A stretch of DNA of 64,000 nt from an uncultured delta proteobacterium (GTDB lineage Bacteria > Desulfobacterota > Binatia > UBA9968), in NCBI GenBank assembly GCA_963760795.1, contig CAVXEP010000007.1:1-64000 (forward strand), given 5' to 3'. Positions 22,699 through 32,176 of this stretch are shown here, piece after piece (within the stretch, counting starts at the first letter, position 1; every line of letters starts with the position of its first letter). The notes beneath the pieces are model-generated. The model ran no database searches. It saw only the letters and a program-made list of their open reading frames with translations, and was not told where the DNA came from. The position numbers and the translations under genes are program-made.

Positions 22699-24207
22699 CT
22701 ACTTCGCCGGTGCTTTTTCCGCAGGTGCCTTTTCTGCCGGTGCCTTTTCCGGCGGTGGTTTTTTCGCCGCCGCCGGGTCTTTGCCGATCGCTTTCATCAC
22801 CTCGACGTAGGGCACCACCGAACCATGGATCGGCAGAACCCGCTCCACTTCGATATTCAGACGCCGCACGTTGGCTTCCAGGTTGACGGTAAACGGATCG
22901 GGTGTTTTGGGCACGCCGCGAGGACTGAAAGCGTCCGCTTCGATCAGCAGTTTCTCTTTGCGCAGGTACGCCATGACGATGCCATCATGGTGCGCGTTGC
23001 CAACAATTTGATAAAGCTCCACGGAGCGCGCGCCATCGGTCAGCACCATGTTATCGCCCATGGTTTGGAAAACCGGCTTCTTTTTCGCCTTCGCCAATCG
23101 ATCCGGACTTAGGCTCCAGCTATTGGCCGCAGCCCGTTCAAAATAGGATCGGTTCGCTTCATGGGTGACGATGGTCACGCCTTCCGCCGCATAGGCGCGA
23201 ATACCGCCGGAGTGATCGAAGTGATGGTGCGTATTGACCAAGTATTTGATCGGCTTAGTCGGCACCAGCTTCTTTACCTCAGCGATCACGGCCGTCGACC
23301 GATCGTCGCCTAACGGTGCCTCCACGACGATGAGATAATCTTTCATCTCGATCAACACGGAATTATGCGAGTCGCCTTCGATAAACCAAACGCCGTCCGC
23401 GGTTTTTTCAGACTTCACCGTGGTCGGTGTGGAGCGCACGTTAGCCGGCACTTCGACATTGAATGTCGGATTGGCTTGTACTGCCGTGACGATAACATCC
23501 AAGGACGGCAAGCCGTCCTGATACTGCACAATCCTGGTTGGAAACTTGATGCCGCCAAAGTCGCGGTAGGGGCCATAGTTGGTCACCACTTTCATATCGC
23601 CTACCACAGGATGGCCGTAGCTCGACTCAACCCGCTCGATGGCATATTGATCGTTGGCGAAGGCAACGATCTTGCGCTTGCCTTGATCGGTGAACGCGAT
23701 CACCGTCATCTCCCGCCCGTCGATCGTCCTCTTGGTTACGGTGGCATTGCTGGCCAGCGCAGCCCGGACCACTCCATGCGGTGAAATCGCCAGTTCATGC
23801 GCTCGACCGCTGACTTCATGCGGCCGAGCCGGCGTGTTCTTGCCGGCCTCGTTCCAAGCCAGATCGCCACTGACAAGGGCGATGATTTGCTGATCGCCCT
23901 CGAGCGGCTGACCGCCGCCGCCGCTGGGCGGCACCTCGCCCTGAGTGCGGACCATTTGATCGCGCATCGCTGCCGCGGTGAAGTCGTACCTGCGCGTCAA
24001 GCTCTTTACGTAGTATCTCGGCCACGCCGCCATCGGACTGGTCGATTGGCCGACATGCCACATGATGCCGTTGGCGGTGAACTGAAATGTTTTCGTCGTC
24101 GACACGTCTAACGCGTCGGCGATTTGCTGTAGCGCCGTGTCGGCCCCGTTCGCTCTCAATCCCGTAAGCAGCACCAGCGCGAGCGCAATAACAAACCTCT
24201 TTAACAT
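22699..24207 (-). CDS. Secreted MBL-fold metallo-hydrolase with a C-terminal (AEKAP)n tail
   Basis: Signal peptide; NTHHHFDHSGG, HHDG, LPIHG. Confidence 0.9.
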   Translation of the reverse strand: MLKRFVIALALVLLTGLRANGADTALQQIADALDVSTTKTFQFTANGIMWHVGQSTSPMAAWPRYYVKSLTRRYDFTAAAMRDQMVRTQGEVPPSGGGGQPLEGDQQIIALVSGDLAWNEAGKNTPARPHEVSGRAHELAISPHGVVRAALASNATVTKRTIDGREMTVIAFTDQGKRKIVAFANDQYAIERVESSYGHPVVGDMKVVTNYGPYRDFGGIKFPTRIVQYQDGLPSLDVIVTAVQANPTFNVEVPANVRSTPTTVKSEKTADGVWFIEGDSHNSVLIEMKDYLIVVEAPLGDDRSTAVIAEVKKLVPTKPIKYLVNTHHHFDHSGGIRAYAAEGVTIVTHEANRSYFERAAANSWSLSPDRLAKAKKKPVFQTMGDNMVLTDGARSVELYQIVGNAHHDGIVMAYLRKEKLLIEADAFSPRGVPKTPDPFTVNLEANVRRLNIEVERVLPIHGSVVPYVEVMKAIGKDPAAAKKPPPEKAPAEKAPAEKAPAK

Positions 24208-24329
24208 ACCGTCGCCCCCCGTAATTTTAAGTTTATTCGATAAACCAACTGGCTATTTTCCGGCGACACTACCCGATGACCTTGTTCACTGTCAATGCCG
24301 TCATGGCAGCTTTTGTCGACCCGAGCCAG

Positions 24330-24888
24330 CTAATCCTTGAATCGTCCGATCCAGACGGCAAAGGCTTCGAGGAATTTCTTGACATGCTGGCGGGTATTCT
24401 CGTCGGTAAGTTTACCGCTCGCATCGAACAGCGGCGCCGCCGAGGGAATCTTGATCTCCGGCTGCGACATGACATGGGTCTCGGTGAATACGAACGATTG
24501 GCGCAGCGCATGCTGGCAGCGAATCGTCCCACCGAGCCCTGGCGAGCAACCCATCAGCGCCGCCGGCTTGCGGTTGAGCGCGGATTTGCCGCTCGGCCGC
24601 GACGCCCAATCGATGGCGTTTTTTAACACGCCGGGCACGCCGTAATTATATTCTGGAGAAACGATCAGTATCGCGTCGGCAGCGAAGATGAACGCCTTCA
24701 TATCCGCCGCCGGTTCCGGATCGCCTTTGACGAATACATCGTCGTTGTACGGCGGGATATCGCCCAGCCGGCGTATAGATCTGAATCTCCATCCCCGCCG
24801 GCGCCAACTCCGCCGCCGCTCTCAGCAACCCTTTGTTTAGCGAAGCCTCGCGCAAACTCCCACAAATCCCTGCAACCCGTATAGCCAT
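24330..24888 (-). CDS. NADPH-dependent FMN reductase / chromate reductase family (frameshifted)
   Basis: GICGSLREASLN, SPEYNYGVPGVLKNAIDWASRP. Confidence 0.9.
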
Positions 24889-24960
24889 CCGACCTCCAAG
24901 CAAAGTTAATCGAAAACATATACGGTGCGGAGGATGGCAAGGTCAAGCAGGGCGGATATC

Positions 24961-25061
24961 CGTTCAAGAGTTCAAAGGTTCAAGGTTCAAGGCCGGATTG
25001 CAAGAAAACCTATCGGCCGGCGCAACTCCGATTGAACCCTTGAACCTTGAACTCTTGAACG
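24961..25061. repeat. Family B palindrome (GTTCAAG/CTTGAAC units)
   Basis: CGTTCAAGAGTTCAAAGGTTCAAGGTTCAA ... TTGAACCCTTGAACCTTGAACTCTTGAACG. Other copies at 33369-33453 and 41434-41519; half copies at 50248-50276 and 54481-54511. Confidence 0.85.
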
Positions 25062-25112
25062 GGCTTGAATCCGAATCGGCTGGAACGAGCGGAACGAGTG
25101 CAGGAATTTTGT

Positions 25113-25604
25113 CTAATTGAGATACCCACTGCCGCCGCCCTCGGCCTCAGCCACCGCTAAGTTGTGGCGCACGGCGTCGAGATGGGGATGGATCTCCAGC
25201 GCCCGGCGAAAGCACATCGCCGCTTCGCGAAACTCGCTCACTGTCAGATGACAAAGGCCTTGCCCCGCCGCCGCGCCGAAGTGATTGGCATTGCGCGCCA
25301 AGGTTTGCTGGCAGTCGGCAATGGAGCCTTTGAAATTTTTGCGCAGGTAGCGCACCGTCGCGCGCTTGTTCCAACCCTCCGCGAATGCCGGCAGCCGCTC
25401 GATCACGCCGCCGAATAATTCTTCCGCATCTTCTAGTTTACGATTCTGCATGGCATCGACGCCGGCGCGAAACAGGCGGTCCGCCTCAGCATCCCCCGAA
25501 CGACACCAAATTCCCCAAAGCATCGCCTCCGCCGTCGCCGCCAGTTCGGTATCGTCGCCTTTCAAGGCGACCAGCGCTTCTTGTTCGTTGGTGGGGTAAG
25601 ACAT
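25113..25604 (-). CDS. Tetratricopeptide repeat protein
   Basis: PAFAEGWNKRATVRYL, NHFGAAAGQGLC, FRRALEIHP. Confidence 0.85.
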   Translation of the reverse strand: MSYPTNEQEALVALKGDDTELAATAEAMLWGIWCRSGDAEADRLFRAGVDAMQNRKLEDAEELFGGVIERLPAFAEGWNKRATVRYLRKNFKGSIADCQQTLARNANHFGAAAGQGLCHLTVSEFREAAMCFRRALEIHPHLDAVRHNLAVAEAEGGGSGYLN

Positions 25605-25688
25605 TGGTTCAAGCTTCAAGAGTACAAAGTTCAATTTCTAAATTCGCGGGAAAGGACGATTCCGGGGTTCTTCCGGTGAATCATTGAA

Positions 25689-26372
25689 CTAGGCGTTTCT
25701 TAGAATCCATTTCGTCGCCTTCTCGACCACGTCGCGCAACGCCTGTTCATCCGTCTTGCGCGCGCTCTTGAGCATGTGAAACGAATGATCGCCACCTTCA
25801 ACGATACAGAGCGCTGCCTGCTTACCGAGGTTTTTACACAGCGGCTTGAGCAATTTCAAATCGGCCAAGCCGTCGCGCGAACCCTGCAAGAACAGCATTG
25901 GAATATCGATGTTGGCCAAATGCGCGCCGCGCTCGGCGCCGGGTTTGCCCATGGCGTGGAGCGGAAAACCGAAATAGACCAGCCCGCGCACCCCAGCCAA
26001 CGGTTCTTGGGCCGCTGCCAAAGAAGTCATGCGCCCACCCATCGACTTGCCGCCGGCGAACAGCGGCAGACCATCGGATACTTTTTGCGCCGTCGCCACC
26101 GCCGCGCGCACCGTCTCCAACATCACCGCTTCGCTGTCGGGCCGCTTGATGCGCTTCTCCATGTAGGGGAACTGATAACGGAAGGTCGCCACGCCGCGTG
26201 CGGCCAGCTCGGCAGCGCTATCGTTCATGAACTTATGCCACATGCCCGCCCCCGCGCCATGGGCCAGCACCAACAGAGCCTTAGAATCCTCTGGCTTTTG
26301 CAGCAGGCCGGTAACCACGCCGGCTTTGGCATTGATAATAAATTGCAGTTCTTTGATGCCTGGATGACTCAT
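25689..26372 (-). CDS. Alpha/beta hydrolase (KANL3/Tex30-like)
   Basis: LAHGAGAG, GGKSMGGR, FPLH, QGSRD, GGDHSF. Confidence 0.88.
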   Translation of the reverse strand: MSHPGIKELQFIINAKAGVVTGLLQKPEDSKALLVLAHGAGAGMWHKFMNDSAAELAARGVATFRYQFPYMEKRIKRPDSEAVMLETVRAAVATAQKVSDGLPLFAGGKSMGGRMTSLAAAQEPLAGVRGLVYFGFPLHAMGKPGAERGAHLANIDIPMLFLQGSRDGLADLKLLKPLCKNLGKQAALCIVEGGDHSFHMLKSARKTDEQALRDVVEKATKWILRNA

Positions 26373-26390
26373 GCTGTTTTCATAGCATAA

Positions 26391-27602
26391 TCAAAACTTG
26401 AGCACACCCACTTGTTTTTTTTCTTGGTTCCACGCGGCGAGCAAATACCAAACAATCATCAGCACCACAACTTCACCTACGGCCAAGGCCCAACCAAAAA
26501 GATTCGGCAAAAACACCGCCGTGCCCAACTGACCAATCAAGTCCGTGCGCGTAAGCAACAGACGCATCGCCGATGTACCAACGGCAAAAAAAGCCACGGC
26601 GATCCAAAGCTTCACATGGCCTTCGCCGACGCGCCAGATCGATCCCGCGCCGCAGCCGCCGGCCAGCACCATGCCGATGCCGAAGAGGGTGCCGCCGGTC
26701 AAAGCGCCAAACCAAAAAGATGGGAACACCCACTCTGTGGCGTCTTTCAAATCCGTGACTTTTAGTATCGCGAAACCGATCAGACTCATGACCAGCGCCA
26801 ATGCCGCCGCCCGCGCATGCTCGCTCGCGCCGCTCAAGAACGGCTCGCGAAAGGCATTGACCAGACAAAAGCGCGAGCGCTGCAAGACAATTCCAAAAAG
26901 AACACCGAAATAAAGGAATACCGCCAGTCTGCCATGACCCAAGAACTGATAAAGACAGCCGCCTCCGAGCACGAGCGCGAACACCAACACGCCGATCCCC
27001 GGTTGAAGCTTAAACGCCGCCGAAGCAACCGCCGGCCGCGGCAGCGCCTCACAGGTGTTCATGAACGGCAGTTTGCCGGACGCGATGATTTTGCCATTCT
27101 CGCGGATCAAATAACGCGTGCCGATGAAAGCACCGACGATTAACCCCGCCATCATCGCCAGCCCGCTCGCCGATAGCGCCGCGAGCGCGCTAAAAAACCC
27201 GCCGATGTTGCAACCGAACGACAACATCGCACCCGCGCCCATGAACAAGCCGCCCAACGAACCCTTGAGCAATTCCGCGCCCGGCGCAGGGCGCACGGCG
27301 AACTCGCGGCTCAGCAGCGCCGCCACCAGTCCACCGAGCAGCAAACCGATATTCAGCACAGAGCCGGAATATAGCAGCGGCGGCAGCAAGTCGGGCTGAT
27401 CGATGACACCGAGCAATTGGAACAGCGAATCGCCCCAGTTGCGCAAGCCATCCGACGCGGTCCAGGGCTTATCGAAGGCAAAGAGAAAAACATTGAGCGC
27501 GGCGATCACCAGAGCCGAGGAAATCACCGGCCAGGGGCGGCCAAAGATATGATTATATTGATCGCGCAGGAACGCGGTGAAGTTGGCAGGTTGGCGGGTC
27601 AT
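26391..27602 (-). CDS. YeeE/YedE family thiosulfate/sulfur-compound transporter
   Basis: Multi-TM protein with GCNIGGF, LQRSRFCL, LAGGCGAG motifs; directly downstream of soxYZ. Confidence 0.88.
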   Translation of the reverse strand: MTRQPANFTAFLRDQYNHIFGRPWPVISSALVIAALNVFLFAFDKPWTASDGLRNWGDSLFQLLGVIDQPDLLPPLLYSGSVLNIGLLLGGLVAALLSREFAVRPAPGAELLKGSLGGLFMGAGAMLSFGCNIGGFFSALAALSASGLAMMAGLIVGAFIGTRYLIRENGKIIASGKLPFMNTCEALPRPAVASAAFKLQPGIGVLVFALVLGGGCLYQFLGHGRLAVFLYFGVLFGIVLQRSRFCLVNAFREPFLSGASEHARAAALALVMSLIGFAILKVTDLKDATEWVFPSFWFGALTGGTLFGIGMVLAGGCGAGSIWRVGEGHVKLWIAVAFFAVGTSAMRLLLTRTDLIGQLGTAVFLPNLFGWALAVGEVVVLMIVWYLLAAWNQEKKQVGVLKF

Positions 27603-27720
27603 GACGGCGGGAGCGCGCGCGATTCGCAAAGAACAGCCGAAGATAGAAGATAGCGGATCAAAGATCGAAAAAACCATCCTCCATCGTCACTCATTCATCC
27701 TCGACGCTGGTAACGGTGAA

Positions 27721-28053
27721 CTAGGAAAACTGCACATCGCTCTGCCCCTGATAAACCTTACCGGTAGTGTCCGAATAACTCACCGTCAGCTTCCCCGGCT
27801 TGTCGACTTTCAACGGAAAAGTAACACTCGGATTCTGACTCACACCCTGGGTCAGTTCCGTGCGCATCACTTCCTTGCCGTTGTACGCCACCGTCATGGT
27901 GTGGATGAAGTGATAGTTCTTGGGAATAATCTTGTTCGCCTTATCGCGCTGGACGATCTCCATCGGATGGATCACCAACGTGCGCACGCGAATCACATCG
28001 CCCGGCTTGATCGACGACGGCAAGCGAATACTGACTCTGCCTACTTCAGCCAT
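27721..28053 (-). CDS. soxZ: Thiosulfate oxidation carrier complex protein SoxZ
   Basis: VRTLVIHPME, IPKNYHFI, GVSQNPSVTF. Confidence 0.88.
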   Translation of the reverse strand: MAEVGRVSIRLPSSIKPGDVIRVRTLVIHPMEIVQRDKANKIIPKNYHFIHTMTVAYNGKEVMRTELTQGVSQNPSVTFPLKVDKPGKLTVSYSDTTGKVYQGQSDVQFS

Positions 28054-28129
28054 AACTTTTCTCAACCATTTTCCGAAAACGACTTGAACATTTTGAACGT
28101 CTGGAACGATTGGCACGCCGCGCAGCGGC

Positions 28130-28669
28130 TCAGCCCTGCGGCGGCAAATCACAGCCGCTGATCGTCACCCGCACATGCTTGCTCACCGCATAGAGCGTCC
28201 CATCGTTCATCTCCGCCACGACGCGCACATCGGTGGAGGTCGCCAAGCGCACGCTGGTGGCGACAAACGCCCGGCCCGACTCCGGCGTGAACGAAAACTT
28301 GGCCAACATCGGCCGGCGGTTCTTGTCGGAAATAATATAAATGTGACTAACTTGCGCCGCGCCGCTCACCGGCAAGGTCGAATCGATGGTGATAGCAACA
28401 CTGCCGCCATCCTCGGCGATCTGCGGCAGGTCGACTTTGATCTTATCGTCACCGCGCTGGAAAGCACGATTGCCGAACAGCCGTTTTAAGGTCGCTTCGA
28501 CCAGCTCGTCCGGCTGCGGCATGCCCAAAGCACTAGCCTGAGCCTTTACTTTGCTTGGGATCAAAAAATCCTTGAGCACACCAGCGCCGCCAAGCATGGT
28601 ACTCAACAACCGTAGAAACCTTCTGCGACTCAGCGTCAAAGGGTCAGCCTCTGACTTGAATCGACTCAT
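28130..28669 (-). CDS. soxY: SoxY family sulfur carrier with Tat signal and atypical C-terminus
   Basis: SRRRFL Tat motif, PQIAEDG, KNRRP, VRLATS, VRVTISGCDLPPQG*. Confidence 0.85.
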   Translation of the reverse strand: MSRFKSEADPLTLSRRRFLRLLSTMLGGAGVLKDFLIPSKVKAQASALGMPQPDELVEATLKRLFGNRAFQRGDDKIKVDLPQIAEDGGSVAITIDSTLPVSGAAQVSHIYIISDKNRRPMLAKFSFTPESGRAFVATSVRLATSTDVRVVAEMNDGTLYAVSKHVRVTISGCDLPPQG

Positions 28670-28736
28670 TATGGATATGCGCATCGACTGCAATTTAGTA
28701 AATATGACTAAGCCAATCAACTAGCTTAGATTCTCC

Positions 28737-28765
28737 TTGACTTAGCCTGGACGTTTGGTTATTCA
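28737..28765 (+). promoter_or_regulatory. Putative sigma70 promoter of fccBA in the divergent soxY/fccB spacer
   Basis: TTGACT-N17-TATTCA; the inverted repeat CTAAGC-N10-GCTTAG lies just upstream. Confidence 0.35.
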
Positions 28766-28808
28766 CGCAAATACTCAACGAAAGCAATCAAACTTTATGG
28801 AGATATCC

Positions 28809-30053
28809 ATGGCTAAAATCACGCGCAGAAGGTTTCTCCAGGTTAGCGGCATGAGCGTCGCCATGCTCGGCGCGGCGCAAGTGCCGGTGTTCGGCCAAGC
28901 GCGGCGCCGTGTCCTTGTCATCGGCGGCGGCTGGGGCGGCGCCACGGCGGCGAAGTATGTTCGTCTCACCGACCCGTCGATTGAAGTCACCCTGCTTGAA
29001 CCGAACAAGGAATTCATTTCCTGTCCGTTCAGCAATCTAGTATTGGCCGGCGTTGAGTCGCTGAAGAGCCTGACCCTGAACTACAACGGCCTGAGAAAAC
29101 ATGGCGTGAAAATTCGCCATGAGGCTGCCGCCGCCATCGAGCCGGACAAGAAACGCGTGCGCGTTGGCAAGGATTCACTCGAGTACGACCGGCTGATCGT
29201 TTCACCGGGCATCGATTTTCAGTGGGAACAGATCGACGGCTTGGCGCAAGCCAAAGACAAAGTGCTCCACGCTTGGAAAGCCGGTCCGCAGACGGTGCAG
29301 TTGGCCCAGCAGTTACAGTCTATGCCCGACGGCGGCGTTGTCGTCATGACCGTGCCGCCGGTCGCCTATCGCTGCCCGCCGGGCCCGTACGAACGGGCAT
29401 CGATGATCGCTTGGTTTCTCAAGACCAAGAAACCGAAGTCCAAGCTCCTCGTCCTCGACGCCAACAAAGATATCGTCTCCAAGCCCGGACTGTTCAAAGT
29501 GATATTCAAGGAATACGAAGCGAATATCGAATATCGCCCGTCGCAAAAGGCCGAGAAGATCGATGTCGGCGCCAGAGAGATCACCACGGATACCGGCGAC
29601 AAAGTGAAATACGACGTGGTCAATGTCATTCCGCCGCAGCGCGCCGGCGCCATCGCCGTCGACGCCGATCTGGTTGGCGGCGACAAGCGCTGGTGCGAAG
29701 TCGATCATGTCAGCTATGAATCGCTCAAGCAGAAAAACATCCATGTCGTCGGCGACGCGACGATTGGCTTGCCCGTGCCCAAGTCGGGAAACGTCGCCAA
29801 CGCCATGGGGAAAATTTGCGCCACCGCCGTTGTCAGTTTGTTAAACGGCAAAGAAGCGCCGCAGATCGCTCCGGGCAACACCTGCTACAGCTGGGTCAGC
29901 GACAAAGAAGCGATCGCGGTGGTCAACGCCTACAAGATCGAAAACGGCAAGGTCGTTCAGATCGAGCAAAAACTCACACCGGGCAAGAGCGTCGGCACGG
30001 CGCAAAACTCGCTCGCCTGGCGCGCCAGCATCTGGAACGACATGTTAGGATGA
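28809..30053 (+). CDS. fccB: Flavocytochrome c sulfide dehydrogenase flavoprotein (FccB/SoxF)
   Basis: TRRRFL Tat motif, GGGWGG FAD motif, SCPFSN, YRCPPGPYER, PKSG, NTCYS. Confidence 0.92.
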   Translation: MAKITRRRFLQVSGMSVAMLGAAQVPVFGQARRRVLVIGGGWGGATAAKYVRLTDPSIEVTLLEPNKEFISCPFSNLVLAGVESLKSLTLNYNGLRKHGVKIRHEAAAAIEPDKKRVRVGKDSLEYDRLIVSPGIDFQWEQIDGLAQAKDKVLHAWKAGPQTVQLAQQLQSMPDGGVVVMTVPPVAYRCPPGPYERASMIAWFLKTKKPKSKLLVLDANKDIVSKPGLFKVIFKEYEANIEYRPSQKAEKIDVGAREITTDTGDKVKYDVVNVIPPQRAGAIAVDADLVGGDKRWCEVDHVSYESLKQKNIHVVGDATIGLPVPKSGNVANAMGKICATAVVSLLNGKEAPQIAPGNTCYSWVSDKEAIAVVNAYKIENGKVVQIEQKLTPGKSVGTAQNSLAWRASIWNDMLG

Positions 30054-30067
30054 TCGAGGAGATTTTC

Positions 30068-30670
30068 ATGCGCAGATTACCATTCATGGCAATGAGTTTT
30101 TTAGGATTATTAATTTTTGCCGCAGCGGCCAGCGCCGGCCCCCTCGATTCTCCCGGCGCGCAGAAATCGCTCGTGTGCAGCGCCTGTCACGGCTTTGCCG
30201 GCAACACGCCGGGGCAGCATATGCCGGTGCTCGCCGGCATGAACGCCAACTATTTTAAGAAAGCCATCAAGGACTACGCCGAGGGCAAACGCCCGTCGCC
30301 GGAGATGGAGCCCTACTCGAAGTATATCCTGCAGTTCGGCTTGGATGAGATCGCGGATTACTTCGCCAGCCAAAAAAAGCCTGCGCTAGCCAACGTAAAG
30401 GTCGAGGCCAAAGCACTCAGCCGCGGCGCCACCCTCGCCAGTCAGTGCATCGCCTGCCACGGCCCCAAAGGCGACGGCGACGGCGCACGTGTCATCCCGG
30501 CGCTACGCGGACAACCCAAGGGTTTTCTTCAGACCCAAATGGCGCTGTTCGCCGGCGATAAGCGCAAATTGGAAATCGCGGAATTGGAAGAAGCCAAAAA
30601 GCTTAGCTTCAAAGGACTCAACGAAACCGACTTCGCCGACTTGGCCACGTATTACGCGACGCTGAAATAA
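30068..30670 (+). CDS. Diheme cytochrome c (FccA/c4-like)
   Basis: Signal peptide; two CxxCH motifs (CSACH, CIACH); follows fccB. Confidence 0.88.
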   Translation: MRRLPFMAMSFLGLLIFAAAASAGPLDSPGAQKSLVCSACHGFAGNTPGQHMPVLAGMNANYFKKAIKDYAEGKRPSPEMEPYSKYILQFGLDEIADYFASQKKPALANVKVEAKALSRGATLASQCIACHGPKGDGDGARVIPALRGQPKGFLQTQMALFAGDKRKLEIAELEEAKKLSFKGLNETDFADLATYYATLK

Positions 30671-30696
30671 CCGGCGAACAATCGCAGACAGAATCG

Positions 30697-30734
30697 ACAG
30701 GCCCGGCGTACAAACGTCTGGGCCTGTTTTTTTT
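30697..30734 (+). terminator. Intrinsic terminator
   Basis: ACAGGCCCGGCG-loop-CGTCTGGGCCTGT followed by a T-run. Confidence 0.7.
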
Positions 30735-30863
30735 CAATGAGACGTGTGCCAGCTCCGACGCCGTCGTTTTCAATTCTTCACTATCAATTTTTAATTCCCG
30801 CGCCACTCCTAGCGACACCGTCGCGAAGCTTGTATAAGAACAGTCGGAACTGACTCAGCTTCA

Positions 30864-32045
30864 ATGACTCCGGCAACTACCGACACCCTCTGGACCCGCG
30901 CTTTCGTGCTGCTCTGCATCGTCCAGTTCTTAGGCTACGCGCAACACTTCGTGCTGCAACCGACGCTGCCGATTTACGTCACTCATCTCGGCGCCACACC
31001 GTTTGTCGTGGGTTTGGTGATGGCATCGTTTGCCGCCACCAGCATGATCTTGCGGCCGCTGGTGGGCTACTGGTCCGATCGCTGGAGCGAAGCCGGCGTA
31101 ATGATCTCCGGCCTGTTAATCCAAGGCGCCAGCGTGTTGCTTTGCTACCTGCCGTTTGTCGCCACGACCATGATCGCCAATAGCTGCCGCGGCGTCGGCT
31201 GGGCCAGCGTCAACTCCGGCGGCTACGCGCTGCTCGCCCAAAGCGCTCCCGCCGCCCGCCGCGGTGAAGCGTCGGGTTATTACAGCGGCGCCCAGGGCAG
31301 CGCGACGATTCTTTTGCCAGCCTTGGCGCTCTGGTTGATCGACGCGCCCTTCGGCGGCTTTCACGTCGTCTTCGCGGTTTCCATGACCATCGCCGTCACC
31401 GGCGCCGCCCTCGGCCTGCTGCTGCGCGAACGCGCCGTAAACACGGCGCGTCAACAGCGCAACGCCCTCGCCGGCCCCTGGTGGCGCGAGATCATCAGAC
31501 TTCCTGAAAAAGATATTTTACTCGCCTCCGGATTGCTCTTCGCCCTGCATGTTTCTCTGCCCGCCGTCGCCGGCTTTCTGGTGCTCTACGCGCGCCAGCT
31601 GGGCATCGAGCATTTCGGTTGGTACTACGTCGCCAGCGGCGCGACGAGTTTGATCGCCCGCCCGCTGCTCGGGCAACTCTCGGATAGGATTGGCCGCGGC
31701 GCCGCCATCGGAGCGGGTTTCATTCTCGAAGCCGCGGCATTCTGCGTCGTCGTAAACGCCACCACGCTGGGCGGCATGATCGTCTCAGGAGTGCTCTACA
31801 TGACCGGCTCGTCCATGGGCACCGCGGCGACGTTGGCGCTCGCCCTGCAGCACGCCAACCCGGAACGGCGCGGCCAAGTGATCGCCACTTATTCGATGGC
31901 CTATCCGCTCAGCGCCGGCGTCGGCTCCCTGCTCGCCGGCAGCGCCATTCAAATCGCCGGCTACCGCTGGATGTTCATCTTCATCGCCCTGCTCAACATC
32001 CCCGGCCTATGGATCACCTGGAAAAACCGCGCGAGTTTGCAATGA
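30864..32045 (+). CDS. MFS transporter, tandem paralog 1 of 5
   Basis: LWTRAFVLLC, RPLVGYWSDRW, RRGEASGYY, RPLLGQLSDRIGR. Confidence 0.9.
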   Translation: MTPATTDTLWTRAFVLLCIVQFLGYAQHFVLQPTLPIYVTHLGATPFVVGLVMASFAATSMILRPLVGYWSDRWSEAGVMISGLLIQGASVLLCYLPFVATTMIANSCRGVGWASVNSGGYALLAQSAPAARRGEASGYYSGAQGSATILLPALALWLIDAPFGGFHVVFAVSMTIAVTGAALGLLLRERAVNTARQQRNALAGPWWREIIRLPEKDILLASGLLFALHVSLPAVAGFLVLYARQLGIEHFGWYYVASGATSLIARPLLGQLSDRIGRGAAIGAGFILEAAAFCVVVNATTLGGMIVSGVLYMTGSSMGTAATLALALQHANPERRGQVIATYSMAYPLSAGVGSLLAGSAIQIAGYRWMFIFIALLNIPGLWITWKNRASLQ

Positions 32046-32063
32046 CAATGATGAAGAATCGTT

Positions 32064-32164
32064 TTCACCACGAAGGGCACGAAGTTCACGAAGGTAAAAG
32101 AAATCCTATTCAACACCTATACACACTTTTCCGAACTTCGTGTGCTTCATGCCTTCGTGGTGAA
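32064..32164. repeat. Family A gene-less inverted-repeat element (CACGAAG arms)
   Basis: TTCACCACGAAGGGCACGAAGTTCACGAAGGT ... CTTCGTGTGCTTCATGCCTTCGTGGTGAA. Confidence 0.85.
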
Positions 32165-32176
32165 CAATCCTAATCC

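Noticed and set aside
22699-22760. 15 bp tandem repeat at the end of the MBL gene
   Set aside because: It encodes a low-complexity AEKAP tail; an ordinary coding repeat.
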